Positions 1 to 8,785 of a stretch of DNA of 64,000 bases are shown here, piece by piece. How positions within the stretch are numbered: the stretch's first letter is position 1; each line of letters opens with the position of its first letter. Below the pieces are notes generated by a model that was not told the origin of the DNA, searched no databases, and saw only the letters and a program-made list of their open reading frames with translations. Both the position numbers and the translations under genes were made by a program. This DNA is from Actinomycetota bacterium (GTDB taxonomy: Bacteria > Actinomycetota > CADDZG01 > WHSQ01): the NCBI GenBank assembly GCA_050694055.1, contig JBOGWX010000053.1, forward strand, positions 6,251 to 70,250, given 5' to 3'.

Positions 1-1185
1 GAGCCGTGCACGTCCCCACCCGATGCGTTCGGCGTAGAGCCCGTCCTCGCCGCCCCAGAAGGCATCGAACGCCGGCTGGACACTGGCCCGAAGGTTCAAT
101 TGCCGGGCGCCCCGGATGTGATCGTCGCCGGCACACTCGAAGTGCTCGATGCGGTGGGCGCGCTCGATCACTGCGGCCCGGCCCACCTCGGTGGCGACGC
201 GCTCCCAGGTCGTGATGGCCTGCTCGATCGCGGCGTCCCCTATCGCGTGGACTCCGACCTGGAGGCCGGCCGTCTGGGCCGCGAGAAAGAACTCGAACAG
301 CTCCTCGTCGTCCCGGTACTTGACGCCGCTAGGAGGTGAACCCTCGGGAGGGGGCGCTACGAACGGCTCTTTCATCCACGCCGTGTGGGAACCGAAGGAA
401 CCGTCGAGGAAGTAGTCCCCGCCGATGCGGGTATGCCCCAATGACTTGACCTTGTCGACTTCGTCGGTCCCCAGATAGGTGACTACGTTGAGCGCCACAC
501 CATCGATGGCGTCGGTGAAGACGTCATACGAGGGCCACCCGCGCCACTCGACCACGAACATCTCATGAACCGACGTGACGCCCTTCGAGTACGCGAGTTG
601 CACCGCGGCGCGGATGGCGGCTATCTGCTCCTCGCGCGGCAGGCTCGCGTCGAACCAGTTCCACGCTCCGCAGGCGGCCTGCTCTCGTAAGTATCCGGTC
701 GGCCGGCCTTGTTCATCGAGATCGACACCGTCTATGTCGCCGAGATCGAGTTGTTCGATCAGCGCGCTCGATACGATGCACGAGTGCATGTCGGCGCGCG
801 CCAGCATCGCGGGCCGCTCCCCCACCACCCGGTCGAGGTCGCCGCGCGTCAACGGCCTGTCGAGCGGGTCCTCGAAGTTGCCGCCGAACATGACTGCACC
901 TCCGGCGGCGGCGTGACGCGCGAACGAGTCGAGGATGACTTCGGCGGAGTGCACGCCACGAAAGTCCATGCCCCCCGCGTAGAGACCCGTGGCGGGAAGG
1001 TGCACGTGCGCATCGCAGAAGCCGGGAACCAGCGCTCCACCCTGCAGGTCGACGACTCGCTCCGCCGGAGGGAAGTCGTCACCCCCGTCCGCTGCGTCGA
1101 TTCGTCCGTCACCAATCAGGACCCAGTCGATCACTCCGTTGGATAGGTTCGTGCGAATCGTTCCGTTGTGAAAGAGAGTTCTCAC
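1..1185 (-). CDS. Amidohydrolase-family metal-dependent hydrolase (YtcJ-like); C-terminal part runs off the window start
   Basis: Absent from the ORF track because the window edge truncates it. Minus-strand translation from GTG 1183-1185 gives VRTLFHNGTIRTN...GGALVPGFCDAHVHLPATG... and stays open to position 1. The DAHVH metal-binding signature fits amidohydrolases. Its GTG overlaps the TGA of the upstream gene (GTGA). Confidence 0.7.
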   Translation of the reverse strand, partial: MRTLFHNGTIRTNLSNGVIDWVLIGDGRIDAADGGDDFPPAERVVDLQGGALVPGFCDAHVHLPATGLYAGGMDFRGVHSAEVILDSFARHAAAGGAVMFGGNFEDPLDRPLTRGDLDRVVGERPAMLARADMHSCIVSSALIEQLDLGDIDGVDLDEQGRPTGYLREQAACGAWNWFDASLPREEQIAAIRAAVQLAYSKGVTSVHEMFVVEWRGWPSYDVFTDAIDGVALNVVTYLGTDEVDKVKSLGHTRIGGDYFLDGSFGSHTAWMKEPFVAPPPEGSPPSGVKYRDDEELFEFFLAAQTAGLQVGVHAIGDAAIEQAITTWERVATEVGRAAVIERAHRIEHFECAGDDHIRGARQLNLRASVQPAFDAFWGGEDGLYAERIGWGRARL

Positions 1186-2219
1186 GATTTGGCCCCCCGC
1201 GATGGTTCGGACGAGCGCGCGGCGAATCTCTTCAGAAGCGCAGGTTCGTCTCTGACGAGGTCGAGCGCGAGCCGAGCGTGACCGGGAAGATAGCCGTTAC
1301 CGATGGTCATGTCTGGATACTTCCCCAGTCCTTCGGCGACCAGTGCGGCGGAGGTGAACGAGGTCGCCATCGAGAAGAACACGATGCGTCCGTCGTCCTC
1401 GCAGCTGAGGATTGCTCCACCCTCGCATCCGGGGACGTTCGTACACACGAAAACGAGGTCGGCGAGCCGGCCCTCGAAGGCGTCCAGGACCGCCTCCGAG
1501 GTCGCGAGCGGATCGGTGCAGTCGACGACGATCGCCTCGGCCCCCGCGTCCTCGGCGGCTCCTAGGGTTGCTTCGGGATAGCAGAGCCCCAGCACGTGAC
1601 CCTCGTCGCCGGCGTTGCGTCGAGCCTGTGCCGACACCAGCATCCCGGACTTCCCGCCCGCGCCGACGACCACGACCCTCATCCCCGGCCTTACCAGCCG
1701 GGCGGCCCAGGCGGGCGCGCCCGCGACATCCAGCACGCCGAGGGTCATCTCGTCCGAAAGATCCTCCGGGACCTCGGCGTAGAGGCCGGACCCAAAGAGG
1801 ATGGCGCGCCCCCTCACCCCGACCTGCTCTGATGCCGGATCGAGGTGCAGGATCTCGTGGATGACCAGCGGCGTAAGCGACAGCGACACCAGCGTGGCGA
1901 CGCGCGTGCCCTCGGCGGGCTCGTGCCGGTGAGCGCCCAGCTCCGACACCGTGCCCACCAACATTCCCCCCGAGCCGGTGACCGGGTTGTGCATCTTTCC
2001 GCGCTCACCCACGATCTGGAGGATGAGCGCGCGCATGGAGCCGGCGTCGCCATCGCACTCGCTGCGAAGCTGGGCCCACGACGCTGCGTCGATGTTCAAG
2101 AACTCGACGTCGATGGCCACCTCGTCGGCGGCGAGCGGCGTGCTCGTATCGAGCCGGCGAGCCTGCTGAGGCAATACGCCCGGCGGTTCGAGTGAGCGGT
2201 GCACGCCGAAACGCTCCAC
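1182..2219 (-). CDS. kdd: L-erythro-3,5-diaminohexanoate dehydrogenase-like (Kdd family) dehydrogenase
   Basis: ORF 1182..2381 trimmed to GTG 2217-2219, 2 nt after the kamA stop; the longer ORF overlaps kamA. N-terminus VERFGVHRSLEPPGVLPQQARRLD and Rossmann VVVVGAGGKSG resemble Kdd (recalled from memory). It lies directly after kamA. Confidence 0.6.
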   Translation of the reverse strand: MERFGVHRSLEPPGVLPQQARRLDTSTPLAADEVAIDVEFLNIDAASWAQLRSECDGDAGSMRALILQIVGERGKMHNPVTGSGGMLVGTVSELGAHRHEPAEGTRVATLVSLSLTPLVIHEILHLDPASEQVGVRGRAILFGSGLYAEVPEDLSDEMTLGVLDVAGAPAWAARLVRPGMRVVVVGAGGKSGMLVSAQARRNAGDEGHVLGLCYPEATLGAAEDAGAEAIVVDCTDPLATSEAVLDAFEGRLADLVFVCTNVPGCEGGAILSCEDDGRIVFFSMATSFTSAALVAEGLGKYPDMTIGNGYLPGHARLALDLVRDEPALLKRFAARSSEPSRGAKS

Positions 2220-2221
2220 GG

Positions 2222-3661
2222 CTATGCGGGGACAGTCTCGGGAGTGTGATCTAGACCCTCGCGCCGCCAGTAATCCTGACCCTCCGGCGGCAGCATGTAG
2301 ATAGGGTCGTGGTACTCGTAGCGTCTGTTGAGCGCTTGGGGGTCGTCGAACTCGATTCCGGTCCGATAGTTCTTGGTCCAATAGGAGATGCCCCTGGTGC
2401 GATCGTACTCATCGACCTGGTGCACCCAGCGCTTTCCTACGAACGGCACGTCGCAGACGATGCGTGGTGTCGCAAACCCCGGCATGTAGCCCATGATCGA
2501 GTGCTGCAGCTTCTGAGCTTCGTCCACGCTCAGCCGCCAGTGCTCGGAGTTCGGGATCATGTCGCACATGTAGAAGTAGTACGGCATGACCTTGGCATGA
2601 TCGAGCAGCGTGAAACAGAGATCGAGCAGATCGTGCTGACTGTCGTTGACGCCGCGCATGAGAACACCCTGGTTGCGGACGTCACGGAAGCCCATCGCAT
2701 GAAGCTTCTTGACCACGTCGGCGACCAGCGGAGTCAGATTGTTCGCATGGTTCACGTGCGTGTGCACGGCGAGGTCGACGTCCCGATCTACTGCCTTGTG
2801 GGCGATCGTATCGAGTCCGGCCAGCACGTCGTCCTGGAGGAAGTGCTGAGGGAGGCCCATGAGGCCTTTGGTCGCCAACCGGATGTCGCGGATGTTCTCG
2901 ATGTCGAGCATTGCGGAGATGAAATCGACGAGGTGCGCGATGGGCAGGTTGGCGACATCGCCTCCGGACACGACCACGTCGCGCACGGAGGGAGTGGCTC
3001 GCAGGTAGTCGAGGATCGCTGCGTAACGCTCCTTCTGCTTCATCTCGAAGCGGTACTTGACCACCTGCGGAACGTTGTTGCCGACCAGGTCCATCCGCGT
3101 GCAGTGCCCGCAATACTGGGGACAGGTCGACAGCAGCTCGGCAAGCACCTTCGTCGGGTAGCGGTGCGTCAGTCCCTCGACGGCCCACATGTCCGCCTCG
3201 TGGAGACTGTCGCGCGTTGCCAGCGGATGGCTCGGCCACTCGGGATCGCGATCGGCGAAGGCGGGAATCATGTAGCGCCGGATGGGGTCGTGCCACAGAT
3301 CGTTCTCGTCCATGGTGTTGAGCATCTGCGGTGGTATGAGCATCGACATGGTGGCGCGCTCGGCCTGGTCCCGCTTGATCGATTCGACGAGGTCACCCGG
3401 CATGAGGTCGCCGTAGACCTTGAGTAGCTGGTCCAGGTTCTTGACCGTGTGCTGACGCTGCCATTTGGCGTTGAGCCACTCCGAGTCCGTGACGTCGGCG
3501 TAGCTGGGGAGCCTCCGCCAGTCCGGCTCGGCGAAGTCCCGCTGCGGCGGATAGGGGTAGGGCTGGTCGGTGGCATGTGCCCGCGGGGTGCGCCGGCTGA
3601 GGGGCAACGGGCTGCGGCCGAGGGGGGCATCGGGATTCACCGGCGTGGTCGTGGACGTCAT
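2222..3661 (-). CDS. kamA: Lysine 2,3-aminomutase (radical SAM, KamA family)
   Basis: ORF 2222..3700 trimmed to ATG 3659-3661, preceded by GAGGAGGGGAGG 6 nt upstream. Radical-SAM CPQYCGHCTR (CxxxCxxC) and KamA-like sequence throughout. Confidence 0.85.
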   Translation of the reverse strand: MTSTTTPVNPDAPLGRSPLPLSRRTPRAHATDQPYPYPPQRDFAEPDWRRLPSYADVTDSEWLNAKWQRQHTVKNLDQLLKVYGDLMPGDLVESIKRDQAERATMSMLIPPQMLNTMDENDLWHDPIRRYMIPAFADRDPEWPSHPLATRDSLHEADMWAVEGLTHRYPTKVLAELLSTCPQYCGHCTRMDLVGNNVPQVVKYRFEMKQKERYAAILDYLRATPSVRDVVVSGGDVANLPIAHLVDFISAMLDIENIRDIRLATKGLMGLPQHFLQDDVLAGLDTIAHKAVDRDVDLAVHTHVNHANNLTPLVADVVKKLHAMGFRDVRNQGVLMRGVNDSQHDLLDLCFTLLDHAKVMPYYFYMCDMIPNSEHWRLSVDEAQKLQHSIMGYMPGFATPRIVCDVPFVGKRWVHQVDEYDRTRGISYWTKNYRTGIEFDDPQALNRRYEYHDPIYMLPPEGQDYWRREGLDHTPETVPA

Positions 3662-3724
3662 GGTGGTCCTCCCCTCCTCGGTCGGGCTGTTCGGAATCAA
3701 TCCTTGCTTTTCCCGAGGCTATAC

Positions 3725-3755
3725 CCTAATGCTGTTAGGAAAAAGCGTCATTAGG
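3725..3755. promoter_or_regulatory. Candidate operator: inverted repeat CCTAATG-N17-CATTAGG in the kamA/lrp divergent intergenic region
   Basis: 7-bp perfect inverted repeat (3725-3731 / 3749-3755) in the only AT-rich stretch between the two divergent start codons. Assigning it to the adjacent Lrp/AsnC regulator is inference. Confidence 0.25.
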
Positions 3756-3786
3756 CGGAATAATCTTCGGAACAGGAGCGATGGTC

Positions 3787-4242
3787 ATGGACGAGAAGGG
3801 CCGCAAGATCCTCGGTCTGCTGGAGCGAGACTCACGCCTGACGTACGCCGAGATCGGCGCCCAGGTCGGCCTCGCCGCCTCGAGCGTGCACGACCGCATC
3901 CGCAAGCTCGAGCGCGAGGGGGCGATCCGGGGCTACCGGGCGGATCTGGACTTCGGGGCCGTCGGGCTGCCGATCACGGCCTTCGTGAGCCTCGCGCTCC
4001 AGCCCTCCTCGCCCCCGGGCATCCCCGGCAAGGTGGCCGAGTTCTCCCTGGTCGAGTCGTGTTACTCGGTGGCCGGTGACAACTCCTACGTGCTGGTGGT
4101 CCGGGCCCCCGCCACCGAGGCCCTGGAAGACCTGCTCGACGCGCTCAGGGCCAAGCTCGAGGTCACGACCCGCTCGACGATCGTGCTCTCACAGCCCTTC
4201 GAGCGCCGCCCGATAGTGGAGACAGCCGCGCCGCCGCTATAA
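3787..4242 (+). CDS. Lrp/AsnC family transcriptional regulator
   Basis: ORF 3781..4242. HTH region ILGLLERDSRLTYAEIGAQVGLAASSVHDRIRKLEREGAI followed by an AsnC-type ligand domain. ATG 3787 sits 8 nt after AGGAG (3774-3778); ATG 3781 is the alternative start. Confidence 0.85.
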   Translation: MDEKGRKILGLLERDSRLTYAEIGAQVGLAASSVHDRIRKLEREGAIRGYRADLDFGAVGLPITAFVSLALQPSSPPGIPGKVAEFSLVESCYSVAGDNSYVLVVRAPATEALEDLLDALRAKLEVTTRSTIVLSQPFERRPIVETAAPPL

Positions 4243-4632
4243 CTCGATCAACCCGGCGTTCGTTGGCGTGAAACCGCAGGCGTCGAAGTAGAAGAGCCTC
4301 AGGTGATCGTCGAAGTCGACGTGCAGCCACTGGCAGCCGGCGGCGCGCGCCTCGGCGACCGCGACGGCCACCAGTTGCGTCCCGATTCCCCTGCGTCCCG
4401 CCTTCGAGGCCACGATCGTGTCCAGGATGAAGGCGTGTAGCGCGCCGTCCCAAGCCACGTTGACGAAGCCGGTGAGCTCCGCATCCTCACGGGCGCAGAC
4501 CCAACCGAGGCTGTGTCTCTCGACCTGGCTCCACCAGTCGTCATCGAGAAGGCGGTGATCGAAGGCCTCAGCATGCAGCGCGTTGAGCTCCGAGTTGTCG
4601 AAGTCGCCGCGCCACTCGTAGGTGATCTCCAT
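4237..4632 (-). CDS. GNAT family N-acetyltransferase
   Basis: 131 aa. Acetyl-CoA binding motif region VASKAGRRGIGTQLVAVAV typical of GNAT motif A. Its stop overlaps the lrp stop by 6 nt (convergent). Confidence 0.8.
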   Translation of the reverse strand: MEITYEWRGDFDNSELNALHAEAFDHRLLDDDWWSQVERHSLGWVCAREDAELTGFVNVAWDGALHAFILDTIVASKAGRRGIGTQLVAVAVAEARAAGCQWLHVDFDDHLRLFYFDACGFTPTNAGLIEL

Positions 4633-4648
4633 GTCGGCAACGTACTAA

Positions 4649-4696
4649 TTTCTGGACCCTGAGGGGTGCACGACACGACACCTCAGGGTCCAGAAA
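4649..4696 (-). terminator. Strong hairpin (16-bp perfect stem, 16-nt loop) after the acyl-CoA dehydrogenase gene
   Basis: TTTCTGGACCCTGAGG (4649-4664) is the exact reverse complement of CCTCAGGGTCCAGAAA (4681-4696). It lies 17 nt past the ACAD stop and 16 nt before the GNAT start. There is no clear U-tract. Confidence 0.5.
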
Positions 4697-4712
4697 CAGA
4701 GCCCTGCCTTCG

Positions 4713-5858
4713 TTAGCCCTCGGTGAGGCGCCGGCCGATGACGTAGCGCTGTATCTGGTTCGTCCCCTCGACGATCTGCAGACCCTTGGCGTCGCGCATG
4801 AAACGCTCGGCCGGGTACTCGGTCACGTAGCCGTAGCCTCCGTGCAACTGGAGCGCGTCGGTCGTGACTCTCATCGCCACGTCGGTGCAGAACAACTTCG
4901 CCTGCGCGGCCTGCAGTCCGTAGTCCTCTCCGGCGTCGCGCAGGGCGGCCGCGTGGCGGTAGAGCCGGCGGCCCGCCTCGATCTGGGTGGACATGTCGGC
5001 GAGCATGAACTGGATGCCCTCGTTCGAGTTGACCGGCGCTCCGAACTGCTCGCGCTCCGAGGTGAACGCCAGAGCGGCGTCGAAGGCCGCCTGGGCGAGC
5101 CCGATCCCGCAGGCCGCGATCCCCAGCCGTCCCGAGTCGAGCGAGGCCATGGCGATGCGAAAGCCCATGCCCTCTTCTCCCAGCCGCATCGTCCCCGGTA
5201 CCTCGGCGTCGTCGAGGGTGAGCTGCCAGGTGGGCGAGGAGCGCCAGCCCATCTTGTCTTCCTTCTTGGTCCCCGCGAACCCCTTCGTCCCCTTGGTCAC
5301 CAAGAAGGCGGAGATGCCGTTCGGCCCCCGGTCTCCGGTCCGGGCCATCGTCAGCACGACGTCGGCCTCGTTGCCTCGGGTGCACCAGAGCTTGCCCCCG
5401 TTGAGCCGGTACGAGCCATCGGCGCGCACGGCTTTGGTCGCCAGCGCCGCGGCGTCGGAGCCGGCGCCGGACTCGGAGAGGGAATAGGCGCCGAACCACT
5501 CCCCCGTCGCCAGCTTGCTCAGGACTTCCTTGCGCTGGGCGTCGCTGCCAAACTCGTTCACCGCGAACGCGCAGAGCGTGTGCACCGACACACCGATCGC
5601 CAGCGAGAGGTGGTGATAGGCGAGCTCCTCGATGACGAGCAGATACGAGGAGTAGCTCTGGCCGCCACCGCCGTACTCCTCGGGGAAGGCCAGCCCGGCC
5701 AGCCCGAGTTCGCCGAGCTTGGTATAGAGGGCGAGCGGATCCTCGCCTCGCTCCTCGAAGCCTGGTACCGAACCCACGACCTCGCCGGCGCAGAACTCGC
5801 GCGCCAGCCCCACGAGAGCTCTCTGGTCCTCATCCAGCAACCTCAGGTCGGGCGGCAT
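4713..5858 (-). CDS. Acyl-CoA dehydrogenase
   Basis: ORF 4713..6236 trimmed to ATG 5856-5858 (MPPDLRLLDEDQRAL...). C-terminal GGYGYVTEYPAERFMRDAKGLQIVEGTNQIQR is the ACAD signature. The upstream 126 codons are low-complexity read-through. Confidence 0.9.
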   Translation of the reverse strand: MPPDLRLLDEDQRALVGLAREFCAGEVVGSVPGFEERGEDPLALYTKLGELGLAGLAFPEEYGGGGQSYSSYLLVIEELAYHHLSLAIGVSVHTLCAFAVNEFGSDAQRKEVLSKLATGEWFGAYSLSESGAGSDAAALATKAVRADGSYRLNGGKLWCTRGNEADVVLTMARTGDRGPNGISAFLVTKGTKGFAGTKKEDKMGWRSSPTWQLTLDDAEVPGTMRLGEEGMGFRIAMASLDSGRLGIAACGIGLAQAAFDAALAFTSEREQFGAPVNSNEGIQFMLADMSTQIEAGRRLYRHAAALRDAGEDYGLQAAQAKLFCTDVAMRVTTDALQLHGGYGYVTEYPAERFMRDAKGLQIVEGTNQIQRYVIGRRLTEG

Positions 5859-5876
5859 GTGCGGGAGAATACCCCT

Positions 5877-6179
5877 ATGAAGATCCAAGATCGCAACGGA
5901 CAAGCACTCGACGAAGCCACGCTTATCGTCGATGCCCAGGAGCTGATCGACCTGCTGCAGGGGCTCGCCGACGTCGTCGAGGGCAAGCGAGAGCATCTTC
6001 ACTTCAAGCAGGCGGCCGGCTCGGAGCTCGTCGTCAAGCTCGGCGACGAGTCCGATCAAGAAGATCCCATTGGACACCAGATGGACTGGTACGTCGGCCC
6101 CCTCGTTCTCTTCGGTGGGCTCTTCATCATCATCGGGATCGTCACGGTGTTCCGCTGGGCGATCGGGCTTCTCGTTTGA
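5877..6179 (+). CDS. Small hypothetical protein (100 aa) with a C-terminal transmembrane helix
   Basis: This is the tail of track ORF 4842..6179, which is otherwise antisense to the ACAD gene. ATG 5877: MKIQDRNGQALDEATLIVDAQELIDLLQGL...WYVGPLVLFGGLFIIIGIVTVFRWAIGLLV. Third codon positions are G/C-rich. Its TGA overlaps the TTG start of glpD (TTGA). Confidence 0.45.
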   Translation: MKIQDRNGQALDEATLIVDAQELIDLLQGLADVVEGKREHLHFKQAAGSELVVKLGDESDQEDPIGHQMDWYVGPLVLFGGLFIIIGIVTVFRWAIGLLV

Positions 6180-7840
6180 GCCAACCGGGCGGCCTGGGGA
6201 GCCGCCTCGAGGCGTGGGAGAGGCTCGCGGCTTCATCGTCCCGGCCCTTGGACGTCCTCGTGGTGGGGGGCGGAATCACCGGTGCCGGCATCGCGCTGGA
6301 CGCCGCCTCACGTGGTCTGAGAACCGGCCTGGTCGAGCGCTTCGATTTCGCCTCGGGGACCTCCGGCAAGTCGTCCAAGCTGGTGCACGGAGGTTTGCGC
6401 TACCTCGAGCAGCGGGACTTCGGGTTGGTGCGCGAGGCATCGGTCGAACGCGGGTTGTTGAACCGTCTCGCGCCCCATTTGGTCGAAGCGCTTCCTTTCG
6501 TTATACCGGTGGCCGATCGCTGGCGACGAGCGAGGTTCGGAGTCGGCATGTGGGTGTACGACGCGCTTGCGAGCTTCAGGAACACGGCTATGCATCGCTA
6601 CATCGATGCCGGCACCGTCGGGCGGCTGGTGCCGGCGCTGCGACCAAACGGAGGAGACACCGGCAAGCTGCGAGGCGGTTACCTCTACTACGACTCCAAG
6701 ACCGACGACGCCCGGCTCGTGATCGAGGTGCTGGTTCAAGCGGTGCGGCTGGGTGCGACCGTGTGCAACTACGCGGCGGTTCGTAATCTCGAGTCGTCGG
6801 AACGCGGTTGCAGCATCCTCGTAGAGGACACCATCGACGGGTCGCTCATGGAGATCGCAGCCCGGCGCGTCGTCGTGGCGGGCGGAGTGTGGAACGACCG
6901 AATCGAGGCCCTCGGCAACCGCGCGGCGGCCCCTCGTCTGCGGCCCAGCAAGGGCATTCATCTGGTCTTGCGTCGGTCCGACGTTCCCCTCGCCGATGCG
7001 GCCAGCTTCATTCCCGATGCGCAAGAGAAGCGGATGCTGTTTCTGATTCCCTGGCACGACGTCGTGATCGTCGGCACGACCGACTCCGACTACGCCGGCG
7101 ACCTGGACCACCCCACGGTCACTCCCGACGAGCGCAGTTACCTGCTCGATGCCGTCAACCAAGCTCTCGGTGCGTCGTTGCGCAGCGGCGACATCGTAAG
7201 CGGATGGGCGGGTCTTCGTCCGTTGGTCCGAGCGGAGAGAGGCACCACGGTGGATTTGTCGCGCGCGCATGCCGTGTACGAGCTTGCCCCCGGTGTGGTG
7301 GGCATCACCGGGGGCAAGCTCACCACGTACCGTCGTATGGCGCAAGACGCGGTGGACCGCATCGCTGGTGACTTCGACCGGGCGGGCCGCTCGCGCACCC
7401 GGTGGATCAAGCTCGGCTGCAATGATCTCGACGCGTTGAGAGCGGCCGCAGGCCGGCGCTCCCGACGGCTTGGTGTCCCACGCGAGGCCACCGATCACCT
7501 CGTCCGTTGTTACGGCGACCGGGCCCTCGCCGTGCTCGATGTCTGCGCCGAGTCCGGACTGTCGGGTCCCCTGGTGGCCGACCACCGACCCATCGCTGCG
7601 GAAGTGCTCTATTGCGCCCGCGCAGAGATGACCGTGCAACTATCCGACCTGCTCGCGCGCCGCACCCGCCTTGGACTTACCGACGCGACTGCGGGGCTCG
7701 GAGGAGCCGGCGAGGCGCTCGCGCTCATGGCGGGCGAGTTGTCCTGGAACAACGCGGAGAGCGTGCGGCAAGTCCAAGCTCACCGCGCGGAGATCGAGCT
7801 GGAGCGCGGCACCACACTGCCCGAGGAGGTGACGGCGTGA
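6176..7840 (+). CDS. glpD: FAD-dependent glycerol-3-phosphate dehydrogenase
   Basis: 554 aa. FAD fold DVLVVGGGITGAGIALDAASRGL, then SGTSGKSSKLVHGGLRYLEQ, typical of GlpD. Confidence 0.85.
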   Translation: MSQPGGLGSRLEAWERLAASSSRPLDVLVVGGGITGAGIALDAASRGLRTGLVERFDFASGTSGKSSKLVHGGLRYLEQRDFGLVREASVERGLLNRLAPHLVEALPFVIPVADRWRRARFGVGMWVYDALASFRNTAMHRYIDAGTVGRLVPALRPNGGDTGKLRGGYLYYDSKTDDARLVIEVLVQAVRLGATVCNYAAVRNLESSERGCSILVEDTIDGSLMEIAARRVVVAGGVWNDRIEALGNRAAAPRLRPSKGIHLVLRRSDVPLADAASFIPDAQEKRMLFLIPWHDVVIVGTTDSDYAGDLDHPTVTPDERSYLLDAVNQALGASLRSGDIVSGWAGLRPLVRAERGTTVDLSRAHAVYELAPGVVGITGGKLTTYRRMAQDAVDRIAGDFDRAGRSRTRWIKLGCNDLDALRAAAGRRSRRLGVPREATDHLVRCYGDRALAVLDVCAESGLSGPLVADHRPIAAEVLYCARAEMTVQLSDLLARRTRLGLTDATAGLGGAGEALALMAGELSWNNAESVRQVQAHRAEIELERGTTLPEEVTA

Positions 7841-8730
7841 GCGCGCCCAACCTCGAGCACGAGGTCGATCTCGTCGGCTCCTTCGACGGGTCGCTGATCG
7901 CCGCGCGACGCATGGGCGCCGAGGAAGGAACTCCGCTGCTGATCGCGAGCGCCGTGGGAGCCAACCTGTCCGTCTGGAGACGGGCGCTGGTGGATCTGGT
8001 GCGAGCTCGCCCCGTCATCACCTGGGATCTGCGCGGGCTCGGAGAATCGGGCTTGGGGCGCTCGGAACGATTGGACCCGAGCGCTCATGCCGAGGACGGC
8101 GTCGGGGTCGCCGACTTCTACGACGTGGAGCGGTTCCACCTGGCCGGCTGGAGCACCGGCGCGCGCGTTGCCCTAGAGATAGCGCACCGGTACCCGGAGA
8201 GGGTGGCGACCCTGACCCTTGTGTGCGGCGGCTACGGCTACTCCGTTGCGGCCGGCCTGAGGCATCTCGAGCTGATCTCGGTGCTTCCCACCGTCAGCGG
8301 CGTCGCGAAACACTTCTCCGGATATCTGGGAGCGGCCCTGCGAGGTCTGACGGGTCGCGCCGAGCTCACCGGTCTCATCCGCCAGAGCGGCATCGTCGGG
8401 CCGACGGCGGACACCTCGGCCCTGGTGGAGATGCTTCGGTCGATGGCCGAATCCGACGCCCGGGTACTCCTCGCCACCTACGAGGCGGTGGCGGGAGACT
8501 CCGTCCCGGAGATCCTGGATGAGATCGAGGCCACGACGCTGCTCCTTGCGGGCGAACGGGACCCCTTCACGTCCCGGCGAACGATGGAGCACATGGCTAA
8601 GACGATGCCCGCGGCCTCGCTCAACGTGTACCAACGAGCCACGCACTATCTGCCCATCGAGTTCCCCGCCCGGCTCGCGGCCGAGCTCGGCGATTTCATG
8701 AAGTCGAGCTCGGGTCCCGGTGTGGATTGA
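7837..8730 (+). CDS. Alpha/beta hydrolase
   Basis: ORF 7507..8730 trimmed to GTG 7837-7839, which overlaps the glpD TGA (GTGA). Nucleophile elbow HLAGWSTGA and alpha/beta-fold layout. Confidence 0.8.
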   Translation: MSAPNLEHEVDLVGSFDGSLIAARRMGAEEGTPLLIASAVGANLSVWRRALVDLVRARPVITWDLRGLGESGLGRSERLDPSAHAEDGVGVADFYDVERFHLAGWSTGARVALEIAHRYPERVATLTLVCGGYGYSVAAGLRHLELISVLPTVSGVAKHFSGYLGAALRGLTGRAELTGLIRQSGIVGPTADTSALVEMLRSMAESDARVLLATYEAVAGDSVPEILDEIEATTLLLAGERDPFTSRRTMEHMAKTMPAASLNVYQRATHYLPIEFPARLAAELGDFMKSSSGPGVD

Positions 8731-8785
8731 GGGGCGGTGGGTTCGGGGCGGCTCAGTACTCCAGGCCCGGGGAACAAACTCGAGT

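Noticed and set aside
4237-4632. GNAT gene as an AblB-like partner of kamA (N-epsilon-acetyl-beta-lysine synthesis)
   Set aside because: It is separated from kamA by the divergent lrp gene, lies in a different transcription unit and is much shorter than AblB-type enzymes as I recall them. There is no positional support.
4842-5876. Upstream part of the 445-aa plus-strand ORF antisense to the acyl-CoA dehydrogenase gene
   Set aside because: Arg/Gly/Pro-rich low-complexity translation lying exactly antisense to a clearly real gene. This is a typical high-GC shadow ORF. Only the last 100 codons, outside the ACAD gene, look coding.
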